Positions 36,861-47,053 of a stretch of DNA of 64,000 nucleotides are shown in pieces. The notes under the pieces are model-generated. The model saw nothing but the letters and a program-made list of their open reading frames with translations. It had not been told where the DNA came from and did no database searches. Position 1 is the stretch's first letter. Each line of letters opens with the position of its first letter. The DNA is from an uncultured Clostridia bacterium (lineage in GTDB: Bacteria; Bacillota; Clostridia; TANB77; CAG-508). The stretch is taken from positions 6,799-70,798 of the forward strand of contig CALXKE010000004.1 in NCBI GenBank assembly GCA_944388805.1, given 5' to 3'. The translations under genes were made by a program, and so were the position numbers.

Positions 36861-38579
36861 TTATTGTTCTGTAATCATAATTCCACTAACTAATCCTTCT
36901 GTATATTGCAACTCTACGTTATATGTTGAACCAGTATTGATTTCATCTGTTGGTGCTTCTGTAGCATCTTTTGCCATAGTTACAACTCCACTAACTTCTA
37001 CTTTTCTATCATCATACAATTCTGATATATTGTTTGTAGTAACAACTTGTAACAAAGTTCTAACAGAAGTTCCTCTTTGTACTCCCTCATATTGTTCAAA
37101 TTTTGCATTAAATGCAGCATTTTCTACTTCACTCATAGAATTTTCATCAATAACATCTGCTGCTTGATTATAGGTCAATAGACCAATTGATGTTAGTGGG
37201 AAAGCATACAAAATTGGATTTCCAGCTTCTTCATCAAATCCGATATCTTGCATTTGTTCTGAATTTACTTCACCAATTCTTTCTACTATATTCATTAATA
37301 ATGTTATCATTTCCTCTGCACTATAGTCATTTAATACTTGTATTTCATCATCTTTAAAGTCTTCGATTGTAAGTCCATCATTAAAAGTATCCGTACAATT
37401 TAATGTATATATCATTTTTTGTTCTTCGCCATCTATGTTTCCAACAATTCCAAATTGATAATTTTCATTTACACTTGCTAATTCTTCTAATCCTTGATAA
37501 CTAGCTATAAAGAAATATCTTGCATTTTCTTGTGTTTCATTATCTGTTGCATTCATTTCTATTCCATATGTTAGATTTCCTGAGTCATTTGTTTTGCTTA
37601 TTGTAAATTCTACTGTTGTTGATGTATCATGTATAGTTAATGCTAGTGCTGATAATTTTCTATTGGTTTGTGATACAGTTATCGTATTTGTTCCTTCTTC
37701 TATATCTGCATCATTCATATCATCAATTATTGTTTGAATTAAACTTTGTACAGTCATGTCTTCATCAGATGCTTGATTCATTGTATCTAATGCCTCTTTA
37801 AACATTTCCTCCATTTTTGGCATCAAAATAGAATCATTTTTTAATGTTTCTAATATAGTAAGAATTAAATCCTTTATTTCTTGATTTGTAACTGATACAG
37901 AATAACTTGTTACATCATTTTCTTTTGTTTTGGTAAATTCTTTTTGTCCTAATTTTTCTTCAAATATAGGTAGATATGTATCAATTATTTGTTGCCTTTC
38001 ATCTTCTGTTAAATTCATAGTTTCTTGATTTGTAAAATCGTTGAAGAAATCAATTGTGTCTGGAAACTCTGATGTATCTTCTACTCCAAATTTTTCTGCA
38101 ATTTCTTTTAGATTGCTATTTTCTATACCAATATATTTACTTGAAACATAATCTGTTTGTAAACCTACTGTGTCGTTTGCATATTTGTATTTAAATGGAA
38201 AATTTACATCATCTGAATAATTTAATGTAATATTTTGTTCATTTTTTCTTTCTGTATTATCTACTTTTCCAGAATATGTAATATTAAAATCATTTACCGC
38301 TTTTGATGTTCCATAATCCATGCCATTCATAGCAATTTCTGCTGAAAATGTTCCACTATCCTCATATTTTCCAGTATATTTTTTCTTTGAATATTCCGTT
38401 AGTTGACTATCAATAAATCCATCCTGCACATCAAGTACTTGTCCTAAATATTTGAAAAATAGTTGCCCATTTGATTTTAATAAATCAGTACCAAAATATA
38501 AATAGGCAAAAATCCCTCCTAAAATTAAAATTAGCACAATTATGATTGTTACCATTCTTCCTATTACTTTTGTTTTCAT
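36861..38579 (-). CDS. Membrane-anchored extracytoplasmic protein, unknown function
   Basis: 572 aa with a single N-terminal TM (MVTIIIVLILILGGIFAYLYF). The acidic D/E/N/T-rich body has no recognisable catalytic motif. Confidence 0.5.
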   Translation of the reverse strand: MKTKVIGRMVTIIIVLILILGGIFAYLYFGTDLLKSNGQLFFKYLGQVLDVQDGFIDSQLTEYSKKKYTGKYEDSGTFSAEIAMNGMDYGTSKAVNDFNITYSGKVDNTERKNEQNITLNYSDDVNFPFKYKYANDTVGLQTDYVSSKYIGIENSNLKEIAEKFGVEDTSEFPDTIDFFNDFTNQETMNLTEDERQQIIDTYLPIFEEKLGQKEFTKTKENDVTSYSVSVTNQEIKDLILTILETLKNDSILMPKMEEMFKEALDTMNQASDEDMTVQSLIQTIIDDMNDADIEEGTNTITVSQTNRKLSALALTIHDTSTTVEFTISKTNDSGNLTYGIEMNATDNETQENARYFFIASYQGLEELASVNENYQFGIVGNIDGEEQKMIYTLNCTDTFNDGLTIEDFKDDEIQVLNDYSAEEMITLLMNIVERIGEVNSEQMQDIGFDEEAGNPILYAFPLTSIGLLTYNQAADVIDENSMSEVENAAFNAKFEQYEGVQRGTSVRTLLQVVTTNNISELYDDRKVEVSGVVTMAKDATEAPTDEINTGSTYNVELQYTEGLVSGIMITEQ

Positions 38580-38728
38580 TTGTTTTCCCCCTTTTTATTT
38601 AGGCATTTTTTATTACTGTTATTTTTTTTATTGCCTTTTTTTCTTTTTAGATTTTATCACAATAATTTATTTTTGTATAGCTTATAAAAAATAAATTATT
38701 ATTTTTTTATTTTATAAAATAATTATTA

Positions 38729-38778
38729 AAAGAACCACCCCATCGACTCTCATTGAAAGTCGGTGGGGTGGTTCTTTT
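38729..38778 (-). terminator. Strong GC-rich terminator after the ABC-exporter operon / small TM gene
   Basis: aaaagaaccaccccatcgac..gtcggtggggtggttctttt, about 18 bp of stem with T-runs on both strands. Confidence 0.75.
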
Positions 38779-38788
38779 ATTCGTCTTT

Positions 38789-39154
38789 TTACGCTTCTAA
38801 TTTCCTTCGAATGTATCGAATGAAAATCCATAAGCGATGGCAGACAATTCTCCACCAAGTAGGAATGAAACCTACTGTGCTCACACTAGCTAACATCCAG
38901 AACAAAAATACTTCTCCGATTCCACTATGTTCACACTCGGTTGTCATCCCTACGATAAGGGTCACAATCCCCATTATCCAGATAAAAGGAATCAGAAGGA
39001 TGGACCGCCTAAGGGCGACGGAATCATCTCTCTCATCATCGAAATTCTCCAATCTAACCCAGATTGGCATTGCTTCCTCCTCCTTCCACTTGGGTAACTG
39101 TTTGCTGAGAAATTTCTCAAATTTCTTCAGCATGATGATAATCTTTTTCTTCAT
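38789..39154 (-). CDS. Small membrane protein, unknown function, in a GC-richer islet
   Basis: 121 aa with 2 predicted TMs (ILLIPFIWIMGIVTLIVGM, VFLFWMLASVSTVGFIPTWW). ATG 39154 follows GAGGG. 25/60 G+C at 38941-39000 and one in-frame CGG (39005-39007). Confidence 0.45.
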   Translation of the reverse strand: MKKKIIIMLKKFEKFLSKQLPKWKEEEAMPIWVRLENFDDERDDSVALRRSILLIPFIWIMGIVTLIVGMTTECEHSGIGEVFLFWMLASVSTVGFIPTWWRIVCHRLWIFIRYIRRKLEA

Positions 39155-39218
39155 TTTTCCCTCTTTTCTTTACTCCTGTGTTTACAGTTACACTTATATT
39201 ACACCACATTTTACATAA

Positions 39219-41081
39219 TTAATCAATTTCGATTGCACCTGTATATAATCCATAATAGGTTCCTTTTTGTGCAATTAATTCTTTATGATTTCCTCTTTCA
39301 ATAATTCTTCCATGGTCTAATACCATGATTAAATCAGAGTTTTTAATTGTTGAAAGTCTATGTGCAATAACAAATACAGTTCTTCCTTTCATTAATTTAT
39401 CCATTCCCTCTTGAACAATTTTTTCTGTTCTTGTATCAATACTTGATGTTGCTTCATCTAAGATTAATACTGGTGGATTATTTAATGCTGCTCTTGCAAT
39501 TGATAATAATTGTCTTTGTCCTTGTGATAAGCCTTCTCCATTTCCAGTAATCATCGTATCATATCCATGTGGTAAATGTTTAATAAATTTATCTGCATTT
39601 GATAATTTTGCTGCTGCCTCAACCTCTTCATCAGTTGCATCTAGTTTTCCATAACGGATATTGTCTCTGATAGTTCCTGTAAATAGACTTGTATCTTGAA
39701 GCACCATTCCTAAAGATCTTCTTAAATCATCTTTCTTAATTTTTCTGATGTTAATTCTATCATAACGAATCTTTCCATCTTGGATATCATAAAATCTGTT
39801 GATTAAGTTTGTAATGGTTGTTTTTCCTGCTCCTGTTGCTCCAACAAATGATACTTTTTGTCCTTCCTTAGCTACAAGACTAATATCATGTAAAATTCGT
39901 TTCTTTGGTTCATATCCAAATTGTACATTTTCAAATTCTACTTGACCACGAAGTCTTGTATAAGTAATTCTTCCATCTTTATGAGGATGTTTCCATGCCC
40001 ACATTCCTGTTCTTTCTTCAGATTCCACAATTTTTCCATCTTCCAATTTTGCATTAACTAATGTTACATATCCTTCGTCAAGTTCTTCTTCTTGATCAAT
40101 TAAATCAAATATTCTTTCAGCACCAGCTAGTGCCATAATGATAGAGTTCATTTGTTGTGATACTTGACCTAATGGATTTGTAAATGCTTTTACATATTGT
40201 AAAAAGGCTGCAATACTACCAATTGTCAAAATTCCATTAACAGATAAGATACCACCAATAACGGCAACTAATACATATCCTAAATTTCCTATATTCATAA
40301 TACAAGGCATTAAAATATTGGCATACATATTGGCTTTTGTCATACTGTCGCATAAATCTTCATTTAATTCATCAAATCTTGCTTTTGAATCTTCTTCATA
40401 ATTAAATACTTTGACAACTTTTTGTCCTTCCATCATTTCTTCAATATATCCATTTACTTTTCCGATATCTTCTTGTTGTTTAACGAAAAATCTTGAACTG
40501 TTTCCTCCCAGATATCTTGACACAAATACCATTAAAATTACCATCGCTAATACAACAAGTGTTAAATAAATATTGGTTGCAAGCATTGCAGCTAATACGG
40601 CTACCATTGTAACACATGATGAAAATACTTGAGGAATACTTTGACTTAACATTTGTCTTAAAGTATCCACATCATTTGTATAAGTACTCATAATTTCTCC
40701 ATGTGTTCTGCTATCAAAATATCTGATTGGTAATTTTTGCATATGATTAAACATTTGTGTACGAATTTTGTTTAAAACACCTTGTGAGATATTAACCATT
40801 AATCGGTTATATGTGAATGTACAAACCACACCTACTAAATAGATAACTGCCATGATCATAATCACATTTAATAGTCTTGAATAATCTGGAGACTGACTTC
40901 CTAAAAGTGGTGTGATGAAATCATCAATTAAGTATTTAATAAATTGTGTACCAAGTACACCAACTAAAGCACTAATAATGATACTTACTAAAACGACTGC
41001 TAATTGTAATTTATAATTTTCTGTTACATATTTTAATAATCTTTTAATTGTCTTTCTTTTCTTGCCCTTCACTTTCTGCAT
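39219..41081 (-). CDS. ABC exporter, fused permease/ATP-binding subunit (heterodimer partner 2)
   Basis: 6-TM exporter domain plus NBD with GATGAGKTT, LSQGQRQLL and LILDEATS. SD GGAGGAG. Overlaps the upstream partner. Confidence 0.88.
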   Translation of the reverse strand: MQKVKGKKRKTIKRLLKYVTENYKLQLAVVLVSIIISALVGVLGTQFIKYLIDDFITPLLGSQSPDYSRLLNVIMIMAVIYLVGVVCTFTYNRLMVNISQGVLNKIRTQMFNHMQKLPIRYFDSRTHGEIMSTYTNDVDTLRQMLSQSIPQVFSSCVTMVAVLAAMLATNIYLTLVVLAMVILMVFVSRYLGGNSSRFFVKQQEDIGKVNGYIEEMMEGQKVVKVFNYEEDSKARFDELNEDLCDSMTKANMYANILMPCIMNIGNLGYVLVAVIGGILSVNGILTIGSIAAFLQYVKAFTNPLGQVSQQMNSIIMALAGAERIFDLIDQEEELDEGYVTLVNAKLEDGKIVESEERTGMWAWKHPHKDGRITYTRLRGQVEFENVQFGYEPKKRILHDISLVAKEGQKVSFVGATGAGKTTITNLINRFYDIQDGKIRYDRINIRKIKKDDLRRSLGMVLQDTSLFTGTIRDNIRYGKLDATDEEVEAAAKLSNADKFIKHLPHGYDTMITGNGEGLSQGQRQLLSIARAALNNPPVLILDEATSSIDTRTEKIVQEGMDKLMKGRTVFVIAHRLSTIKNSDLIMVLDHGRIIERGNHKELIAQKGTYYGLYTGAIEID

Positions 41082-42813
41082 CTTCGTCTCCTCCTTTCAT
41101 CTGTGATTCATATACTTCTCTATAAATGGCATTTGTTTTTAATAATTCTTCTGATGTTCCAATGCCATCGATTTTTCCTTCATTTAAAACAATGATTTTA
41201 TCTGCATCTTCTACTGAAGAAACCCTTTGTGCGATAATGATTTTAGTTGTATTTGGGATTTCTTCTCTAAATGCTTTTCGAATTAATGCATCTGTTTTGG
41301 TATCAACTGCACTTGTTGAATCATCTAGAATTAATATTTTTGGTTTCTTTAACATAGCTCTTGCAATACAAATTCTTTGTTTTTGTCCTCCTGAAACATT
41401 AGTACCTCCTTGGTCTAGTACAGTTTCATATTTACTTGGGAATTCTTTGATAAATCCATCTGCTTGCGCTAACTTACAAGCTTCTTCTAAGTCTTCTTGA
41501 TCTGCTTCTTTATCTCCCCATCTTAAATTTTCTGCAATGGTTCCAGAAAATAAGACATTTTTTTGTAACACCATAGCTACGGCATCTCTTAGTCTATGTA
41601 TATCATAATCTTTAACATCAACGCCCCCTACTTTGATACTTCCTTTTGTGACATCATATAGTCTTGGAATTAATTGTACGAGTGTTGATTTTGAACTTCC
41701 TGTTCCACCAATAATTCCTACGGTTTCCCCTGCTTTAATATCTAAATTAATATTTTCCAGTGCAAATTTGTCATCTTCTTGCTCATCACTGTATTGGAAA
41801 CTAACATTTTCAAATTTAATAGATCCATCTTTTACTTCTGTTACTGGATTTTCCTTATCTTTTATGGTTGGCTCTTCATCAATAACTTCAATAATTCTTT
41901 CTGCTGATGATTGTGCCATAATAATCATAACAAATACAAATGACAACATCATTAAGCTTGCAAGAATTTGCCATGCATATGTAATAATACTTGATAATTG
42001 TCCTGTTTGCATTTCTCCACCAACAATTAGTTGTGTACCAATCCATGAAATTAATAAAATACATGTATAAATGGTAAATTGCATAACTGGCCCATTAAAT
42101 GCAACAATTTTTTCTGCTTTTTTGAAATTTTCATATACTTCATCATTGACTTCTTTAAATTTCTTTTCTTCGAAAGATTCTCTAACATATGCCTTTACTA
42201 CTCTAATAGCAGATACATTTTCTTGAACAACTCTGTTCAATTTATCATATTTTTTAAATACTCTTTCAAAGTTAGGGTGTGCTTTTATCGCTATATAGAA
42301 TAGGATAACACCTAAAACTGGTATTGCTACAAAAAAGACAGCTGATAATTTCAAACTGATAGACATAACCATTAATAAAGCAAATATCATCATAATTGGT
42401 CCTCTAACCAAAATTCTGATAATCATTTGGAAAGCCATTTGCACATTGGTAACATCTGTTGTCATACGCGTTACTAAACTTGAGGTTGAAAATTTATCTA
42501 TATTTTCAAAAGAATAGTCTTGGACTTTATGAAACATTGCTTTTCTCAAGTTTTTTGCATACCCTGCTGAAGCTTTTGCCGCAAATCTTCCTGATAACAT
42601 TCCAAAGGTCAAAGATAATATGGCTGAAACAATTAATAAAACGCCCATTTCTAAAATATAGCGTACATCTCCATTTTGGATTCCTACATCTATAATTCTA
42701 GCCATTAGTAAAGGAATAACAACCTCCATAACAACTTCTAAAACAACAAAAATCGGTGTTAATATGGTATCTTTTTTGTATTCTTTAATATAACTTGCTA
42801 ATTTTTTTAACAT
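41044..42813 (-). CDS. ABC exporter, fused permease/ATP-binding subunit (heterodimer partner 1)
   Basis: 6-TM domain plus NBD with GGTGSSKST, VSGGQKQRI and LILDDSTSAVD. Overlaps the marR stop. Confidence 0.88.
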   Translation of the reverse strand: MLKKLASYIKEYKKDTILTPIFVVLEVVMEVVIPLLMARIIDVGIQNGDVRYILEMGVLLIVSAILSLTFGMLSGRFAAKASAGYAKNLRKAMFHKVQDYSFENIDKFSTSSLVTRMTTDVTNVQMAFQMIIRILVRGPIMMIFALLMVMSISLKLSAVFFVAIPVLGVILFYIAIKAHPNFERVFKKYDKLNRVVQENVSAIRVVKAYVRESFEEKKFKEVNDEVYENFKKAEKIVAFNGPVMQFTIYTCILLISWIGTQLIVGGEMQTGQLSSIITYAWQILASLMMLSFVFVMIIMAQSSAERIIEVIDEEPTIKDKENPVTEVKDGSIKFENVSFQYSDEQEDDKFALENINLDIKAGETVGIIGGTGSSKSTLVQLIPRLYDVTKGSIKVGGVDVKDYDIHRLRDAVAMVLQKNVLFSGTIAENLRWGDKEADQEDLEEACKLAQADGFIKEFPSKYETVLDQGGTNVSGGQKQRICIARAMLKKPKILILDDSTSAVDTKTDALIRKAFREEIPNTTKIIIAQRVSSVEDADKIIVLNEGKIDGIGTSEELLKTNAIYREVYESQMKGGDEDAESEGQEKKDN

Positions 42814-43280
42814 ATTTCTCTCCTTTCTTTATTATTATATTTTTCTTTTTTACAATTTTCTAGATTACTTGATGCTTTTTTTAGCATCTCTAAAAATTGC
42901 TTTTGTTCTTCTTTGGTCATTTCACTTACAATATTCTTTTCTTCTATGTCTATTTGCTTTTTTACAACTGTTTTTATTTCTAATGCTTTTGGTGTTAATA
43001 CAATGCTTTTTAATCGGCTGTCACCTTCTTTAGCCTTTCTTTCAATCAATCCATTTGTCTCCAATAGTTGAATAATTCCGGTGACTGTTGCTTTTCTCAT
43101 ATCAAATTCTTCTTCAATGTCTTTTGCAAATACTTCTCCTTTTTTGGATTTTTTATAAATATATCCTATGACCATAGATTGTACACCTGTAACATTATAT
43201 TTGCTTAATGTTTCGTCCATATTTCTTTTTAATTGTCTTGAAACAATTTGAATGTATTTTCCAATTTCATGTTTTTCCAT
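42807..43280 (-). CDS. MarR family transcriptional regulator
   Basis: Winged-helix core ..VTGVQSMVIGYIY..DIEEEFDMRKATVTGIIQLLETNGLIERK.. Start set at MEKHEIG (ATG 43280) behind AGAGGTG. Confidence 0.85.
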   Translation of the reverse strand: MEKHEIGKYIQIVSRQLKRNMDETLSKYNVTGVQSMVIGYIYKKSKKGEVFAKDIEEEFDMRKATVTGIIQLLETNGLIERKAKEGDSRLKSIVLTPKALEIKTVVKKQIDIEEKNIVSEMTKEEQKQFLEMLKKASSNLENCKKEKYNNKERREIC

Positions 43281-43494
43281 ATTCACACCTCTTTTAGTTC
43301 GTGGCCTAACTATTTTAATGCTATATTTTTGATTTGTCAAGAGCTTATATAAAAAAAGAATACATTCCATCTTATAATTTTTTCAAGTTTCCATTTTTTT
43401 ATTTATTCTAGTTATCATATTTTTATTTTATGCGGAAATACTAATAGTTAATAGAAATTTGAATTTTGCAAGAAATGAAAGGAATGTAATCTAT

Positions 43495-44187
43495 ATGAAT
43501 CAAATTATCAATACTGATTTAAATAAACATATTGACCACTCAAAAGATTCTAACAATGGAAACGTAAACACTTCTAAAAAACATTCTTATAAAAAAATAT
43601 TTAATATTCAATTTTTCCTATCTATTATCGCTATCTTGGTAATCACTTCCTTATTTGCCTATTATAAAATTTCTTTAAATCATAAAGAAGATTTTTCTAA
43701 TTTATTAATCAATAATTATAGTATTACCCAATTATATTCTAACAATACTAATGATAGTAGCAATCGTAACCCTCAACTTGAACCCAATAGTATTATTGGT
43801 ATCATTGAGATTCCTGTTTTGAATATTTCCTATCCTATTTTTAATGAATTAACTGACGAATTATTAAAAACTTCTCCTTGCAGATTCTTTGGAAATTTCC
43901 CTTATCCCAACTCTATAGATGATAATTTATGTATTGCAGGACATAATTATGATAATGATAAATTTTTTAGTAAAATTAAAGATTTAAATATAGATGATAA
44001 AATATATATATATGATACGTCTGATAAGCAATATATATATTCTGTTATAAAAAATTATGAAGTAAAATCTGATGATTTGTCTCCTGTATACCATACTATT
44101 ACAGATACTTTTGAATTAACTTTAGTTACTTGCAATAATTTTAATGGTAATCGTATTATTATAAAAGCAAAAATTGAAGATGATTAA
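43495..44187 (+). CDS. Sortase (cysteine transpeptidase)
   Basis: N-terminal TM anchor, catalytic His (CIAGHNY) and Cys motif ELTLVTC. ATG 43495 (MNQIINT). Confidence 0.85.
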   Translation: MNQIINTDLNKHIDHSKDSNNGNVNTSKKHSYKKIFNIQFFLSIIAILVITSLFAYYKISLNHKEDFSNLLINNYSITQLYSNNTNDSSNRNPQLEPNSIIGIIEIPVLNISYPIFNELTDELLKTSPCRFFGNFPYPNSIDDNLCIAGHNYDNDKFFSKIKDLNIDDKIYIYDTSDKQYIYSVIKNYEVKSDDLSPVYHTITDTFELTLVTCNNFNGNRIIIKAKIEDD

Positions 44188-44208
44188 CCATCTTCAATTT
44201 CTTTATTA

Positions 44209-44595
44209 CTAATCAATATTTCTATAATCTTTAATTTTCTTATATGCATAAACTGCTGAAATTGCAAATACAACAACTAATAATACTGTTGGTAAAGAGT
44301 CTTCTATTCCCGTATTTGGTAAAGAGTTTGTAGTATTAACTCCCTTAGTTGCATTTCTTAATGCATTTAAGTTTTGAACATTACTTGAATTTGTATTTGC
44401 TGAATTTGTATTTGTGTTTGCTGTATTTGAATTTGTATTTCCTGAATTTGTATTTCCTGTATTTGTACTAGTATTGTCACCTAAAATATCTTCAAATCCT
44501 TCATCTGTTGCTGCATATACTGGTGTTATTGCAAATGTAAGCATTGCACACATCAAAATTACTAAAAAACTTTTTAAAATAATTGATTTTTTCAT
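44209..44595 (-). CDS. Small LPXTG-anchored surface protein with an N/T/S-rich low-complexity body
   Basis: Signal peptide MKKSIILKSFLVILMCAMLTFAITPVYA and (N-T-N-S-G/A)n repeats. LPNTG is followed by a hydrophobic stretch and a KKIKDYR tail. SD AAGGAGAGG. Convergent with the sortase gene. Confidence 0.8.
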   Translation of the reverse strand: MKKSIILKSFLVILMCAMLTFAITPVYAATDEGFEDILGDNTSTNTGNTNSGNTNSNTANTNTNSANTNSSNVQNLNALRNATKGVNTTNSLPNTGIEDSLPTVLLVVVFAISAVYAYKKIKDYRNID

Positions 44596-44822
44596 ATTAC
44601 CTCTCCTTACTTCAAATAGTATATTTTTTTCGATTACTCTATAAACAATTATTATTATAGCACATTCTTTTAATAATTGCAAGTCCACAAACACACTATT
44701 GTCTATCTTTTGTTTACATTATCATTATAATATACTTATTTTATTTTTTCGTCAATACATTTTTTTGATTTTTATATTACATTTTTGTTACAAGAAAATG
44801 ACCTGTATTATTAATTTAATTC

Positions 44823-45914
44823 TTATACATTAAATTTAAATAAAACAATATCTCCATCTTGCATAACGTAATCTTTTCCTTCTGACCTAACCAATCCTTT
44901 TTCTCTCGCAGCAACCATTGAACCTTGTTCTACTAAATCTTTAAAAGATACCACTTCTGCTTTTATAAATCCTCTTTCAATATCTGAATGTATCTTTCCT
45001 GCCGCTTGTGGAGCTTTTGTTCCTTTTTTGATTGTCCATGCTCTTACCTCTGGTTCCCCAGCTGTTAAGAATGACATCAAACCTAATAAATCATAACTTT
45101 TTTTGATAACTTTATCTAATCCTGATTCTTCTAATCCTAGCATTTCTAGCATTTCCTTTTTATCATTATCATCTAACCCTGATAGTTCTTCTTCTACTTT
45201 CACACATAATGGTATCACTTCTGCTTTTTCTTTTGCAGCATATTCTTTTACTCTTTTGACCATTGGGTCATTTTCTGCATCACTTAATTGGTCTTCAGAT
45301 ACATTTGCAATATATAATATTGGTTTGGTTGTTAATAAAAACATATCTTTTACTAAAGATTGTTCATCTTCATTAAAGTCAATAGCTCTTGCTGATATTC
45401 CATTTTCTAAATTTTCTTTTATTTTTTCTAACAAATCAATTTCTTCTTGATATTTTTTATCTGCTTTTAGGTTTTTCTTTGCTTTATCTAATCTCTTATT
45501 AACAGTTTCTATATCTGCAAATATTAATTCTAAGTTAATGGTTTCAATATCTCTTACTGGATCTATACTTCCATCCACATGTACAATATTAGAATCCTCA
45601 AAACATCTTACTACTTCACATATAGCATCTGTTTCACGGATATGTGATAAAAATTTATTTCCAAGCCCTTCTCCTTTACTCGCACCTTTTACTAATCCTG
45701 CTATATCTACAAACTCAATCACTGCATGTGTCGTTTTTTGTGGATGATACATATTAGTTAATACATCTAATCTCTCATCTGGAACAGGTACTACTCCCAC
45801 ATTTGGTTCTATTGTGCAAAATGGATAATTTGCACATTCTGCTCCTGCTTTTGTTATACTATTAAATAATGTACTTTTTCCTACATTTGGTAGTCCAACA
45901 ATTCCTAACTTCAT
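44823..45914 (-). CDS. ychF: Ribosome-binding ATPase YchF
   Basis: MKLGIVGLPNVGKSTLFN and a C-terminal TGS-like ..FIKAEV..; 363 aa. Confidence 0.93.
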   Translation of the reverse strand: MKLGIVGLPNVGKSTLFNSITKAGAECANYPFCTIEPNVGVVPVPDERLDVLTNMYHPQKTTHAVIEFVDIAGLVKGASKGEGLGNKFLSHIRETDAICEVVRCFEDSNIVHVDGSIDPVRDIETINLELIFADIETVNKRLDKAKKNLKADKKYQEEIDLLEKIKENLENGISARAIDFNEDEQSLVKDMFLLTTKPILYIANVSEDQLSDAENDPMVKRVKEYAAKEKAEVIPLCVKVEEELSGLDDNDKKEMLEMLGLEESGLDKVIKKSYDLLGLMSFLTAGEPEVRAWTIKKGTKAPQAAGKIHSDIERGFIKAEVVSFKDLVEQGSMVAAREKGLVRSEGKDYVMQDGDIVLFKFNV

Positions 45915-46108
45915 TTTTTCATTCCTTCTTCTATATTTATTTAAGTAGTTAAACCTACTTACTAGCGTATTTTATCATACATATTTTACTTCGTCAATTG
46001 CTAAAAATATCGAAATTTAAGTTGTTGTATTCAAGTTTGATATTATACGAGTTCTTGCATATTTATTTTTCATAAATTTAGAAATTTTATACAACGGAAT
46101 AGTTACAG

Positions 46109-46924
46109 TTATTTTATATAAATTGAAGGATCTACTGCAATAGAATCTTTTAGTATTTCAAAATGTAAATGTGGTTCGTCTGCAATTTCAAATACAGCAC
46201 TATTTCCAACCGTTCCTATAGATTGTCCTTTTTCTACTGTTTCTCCCTCTACCACAAATTCAGAAGTCAATAAATTAGAATATACAGTTTGATACGTATC
46301 ATCATGTTCAATCACAATTGTTAAACCATATCTAGGATCATTTTTTATAGATTTTACTACACCTGCTTCTGCTGCTTTTACAACCGTTGTTTTATCTGCT
46401 TTTATATCAATTCCATTATGCGTAACCCACTCATCTAAGGTTTCTGAATATACTAAATTATCTTGTGCAAATTCTCTGACAATTTCCCCTTCTACTGGTC
46501 TTTGAAATGTTAGTTCTTTTACTTCTTGTGTTTCCTGTTTCTCTTCAGTTGTTGTATTCTGTGTTGTATTTTTACTTACATTACTGCTTTGTACACTCTC
46601 ATTATTACTTGTATTTTGCATAGTCTCATTCTCTACAATTTCTTTTTTTTGCTCAACTTCTTCCTTACTTTCTTCAACTGTTTTTCCAATTTCTGTACTT
46701 GCACTTTCTGTTTCTGCATCATTTTCAGTTGTTTCTCCCATCATATCTGTCATTTGGTCTAACTTCATTGTTTCATCTTTTACATCATTATTTATTTTTT
46801 GACTATACAATAGAAGAGAAATAATAATAATCGCAACAATAATTACTCCCATAACTATATAAGAAATTATTTTGTCATTTATATTTTTTTCTCTTATATT
46901 TTTTAAATGAATATCTCTTTTCAT
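46109..46924 (-). CDS. SpoIIQ-like membrane-anchored M23/LytM-domain protein
   Basis: N-terminal TM, an acidic linker, and a LytM domain with HNGIDIKA and EPHLHFEI. Lies directly downstream of spoIID, as spoIIQ does in some Clostridia. ATG 46924 follows AAGGAGG. Confidence 0.6.
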   Translation of the reverse strand: MKRDIHLKNIREKNINDKIISYIVMGVIIVAIIIISLLLYSQKINNDVKDETMKLDQMTDMMGETTENDAETESASTEIGKTVEESKEEVEQKKEIVENETMQNTSNNESVQSSNVSKNTTQNTTTEEKQETQEVKELTFQRPVEGEIVREFAQDNLVYSETLDEWVTHNGIDIKADKTTVVKAAEAGVVKSIKNDPRYGLTIVIEHDDTYQTVYSNLLTSEFVVEGETVEKGQSIGTVGNSAVFEIADEPHLHFEILKDSIAVDPSIYIK

Positions 46925-47053
46925 ATAATCCTCCTTAAATACTTTATTATTACAAGTATTTCCTTTTTTTAGAAGATTATACATTTTTAAATAATTTTTT
47001 GAAAAAAGAAAGACCATATGATTAACTTGTTACATTCATAATCTATTTGCTAT

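Noticed and set aside
38763-39218. 151-aa plus-strand ORF overlapping the 121-aa minus-strand ORF in the GC-richer islet.
   Set aside because: Its start lies inside the terminator stem and it has no SD. The minus-strand ORF has GAGGG before its ATG, two clear TM helices, the same orientation as the operon, and the terminator downstream.
44386-44470. The reiterated gaatttgtattt units as a non-coding tandem repeat or VNTR.
   Set aside because: They are in frame within the LPXTG protein gene and encode its N/T/S-rich spacer. They are reported as coding low complexity in the findings.
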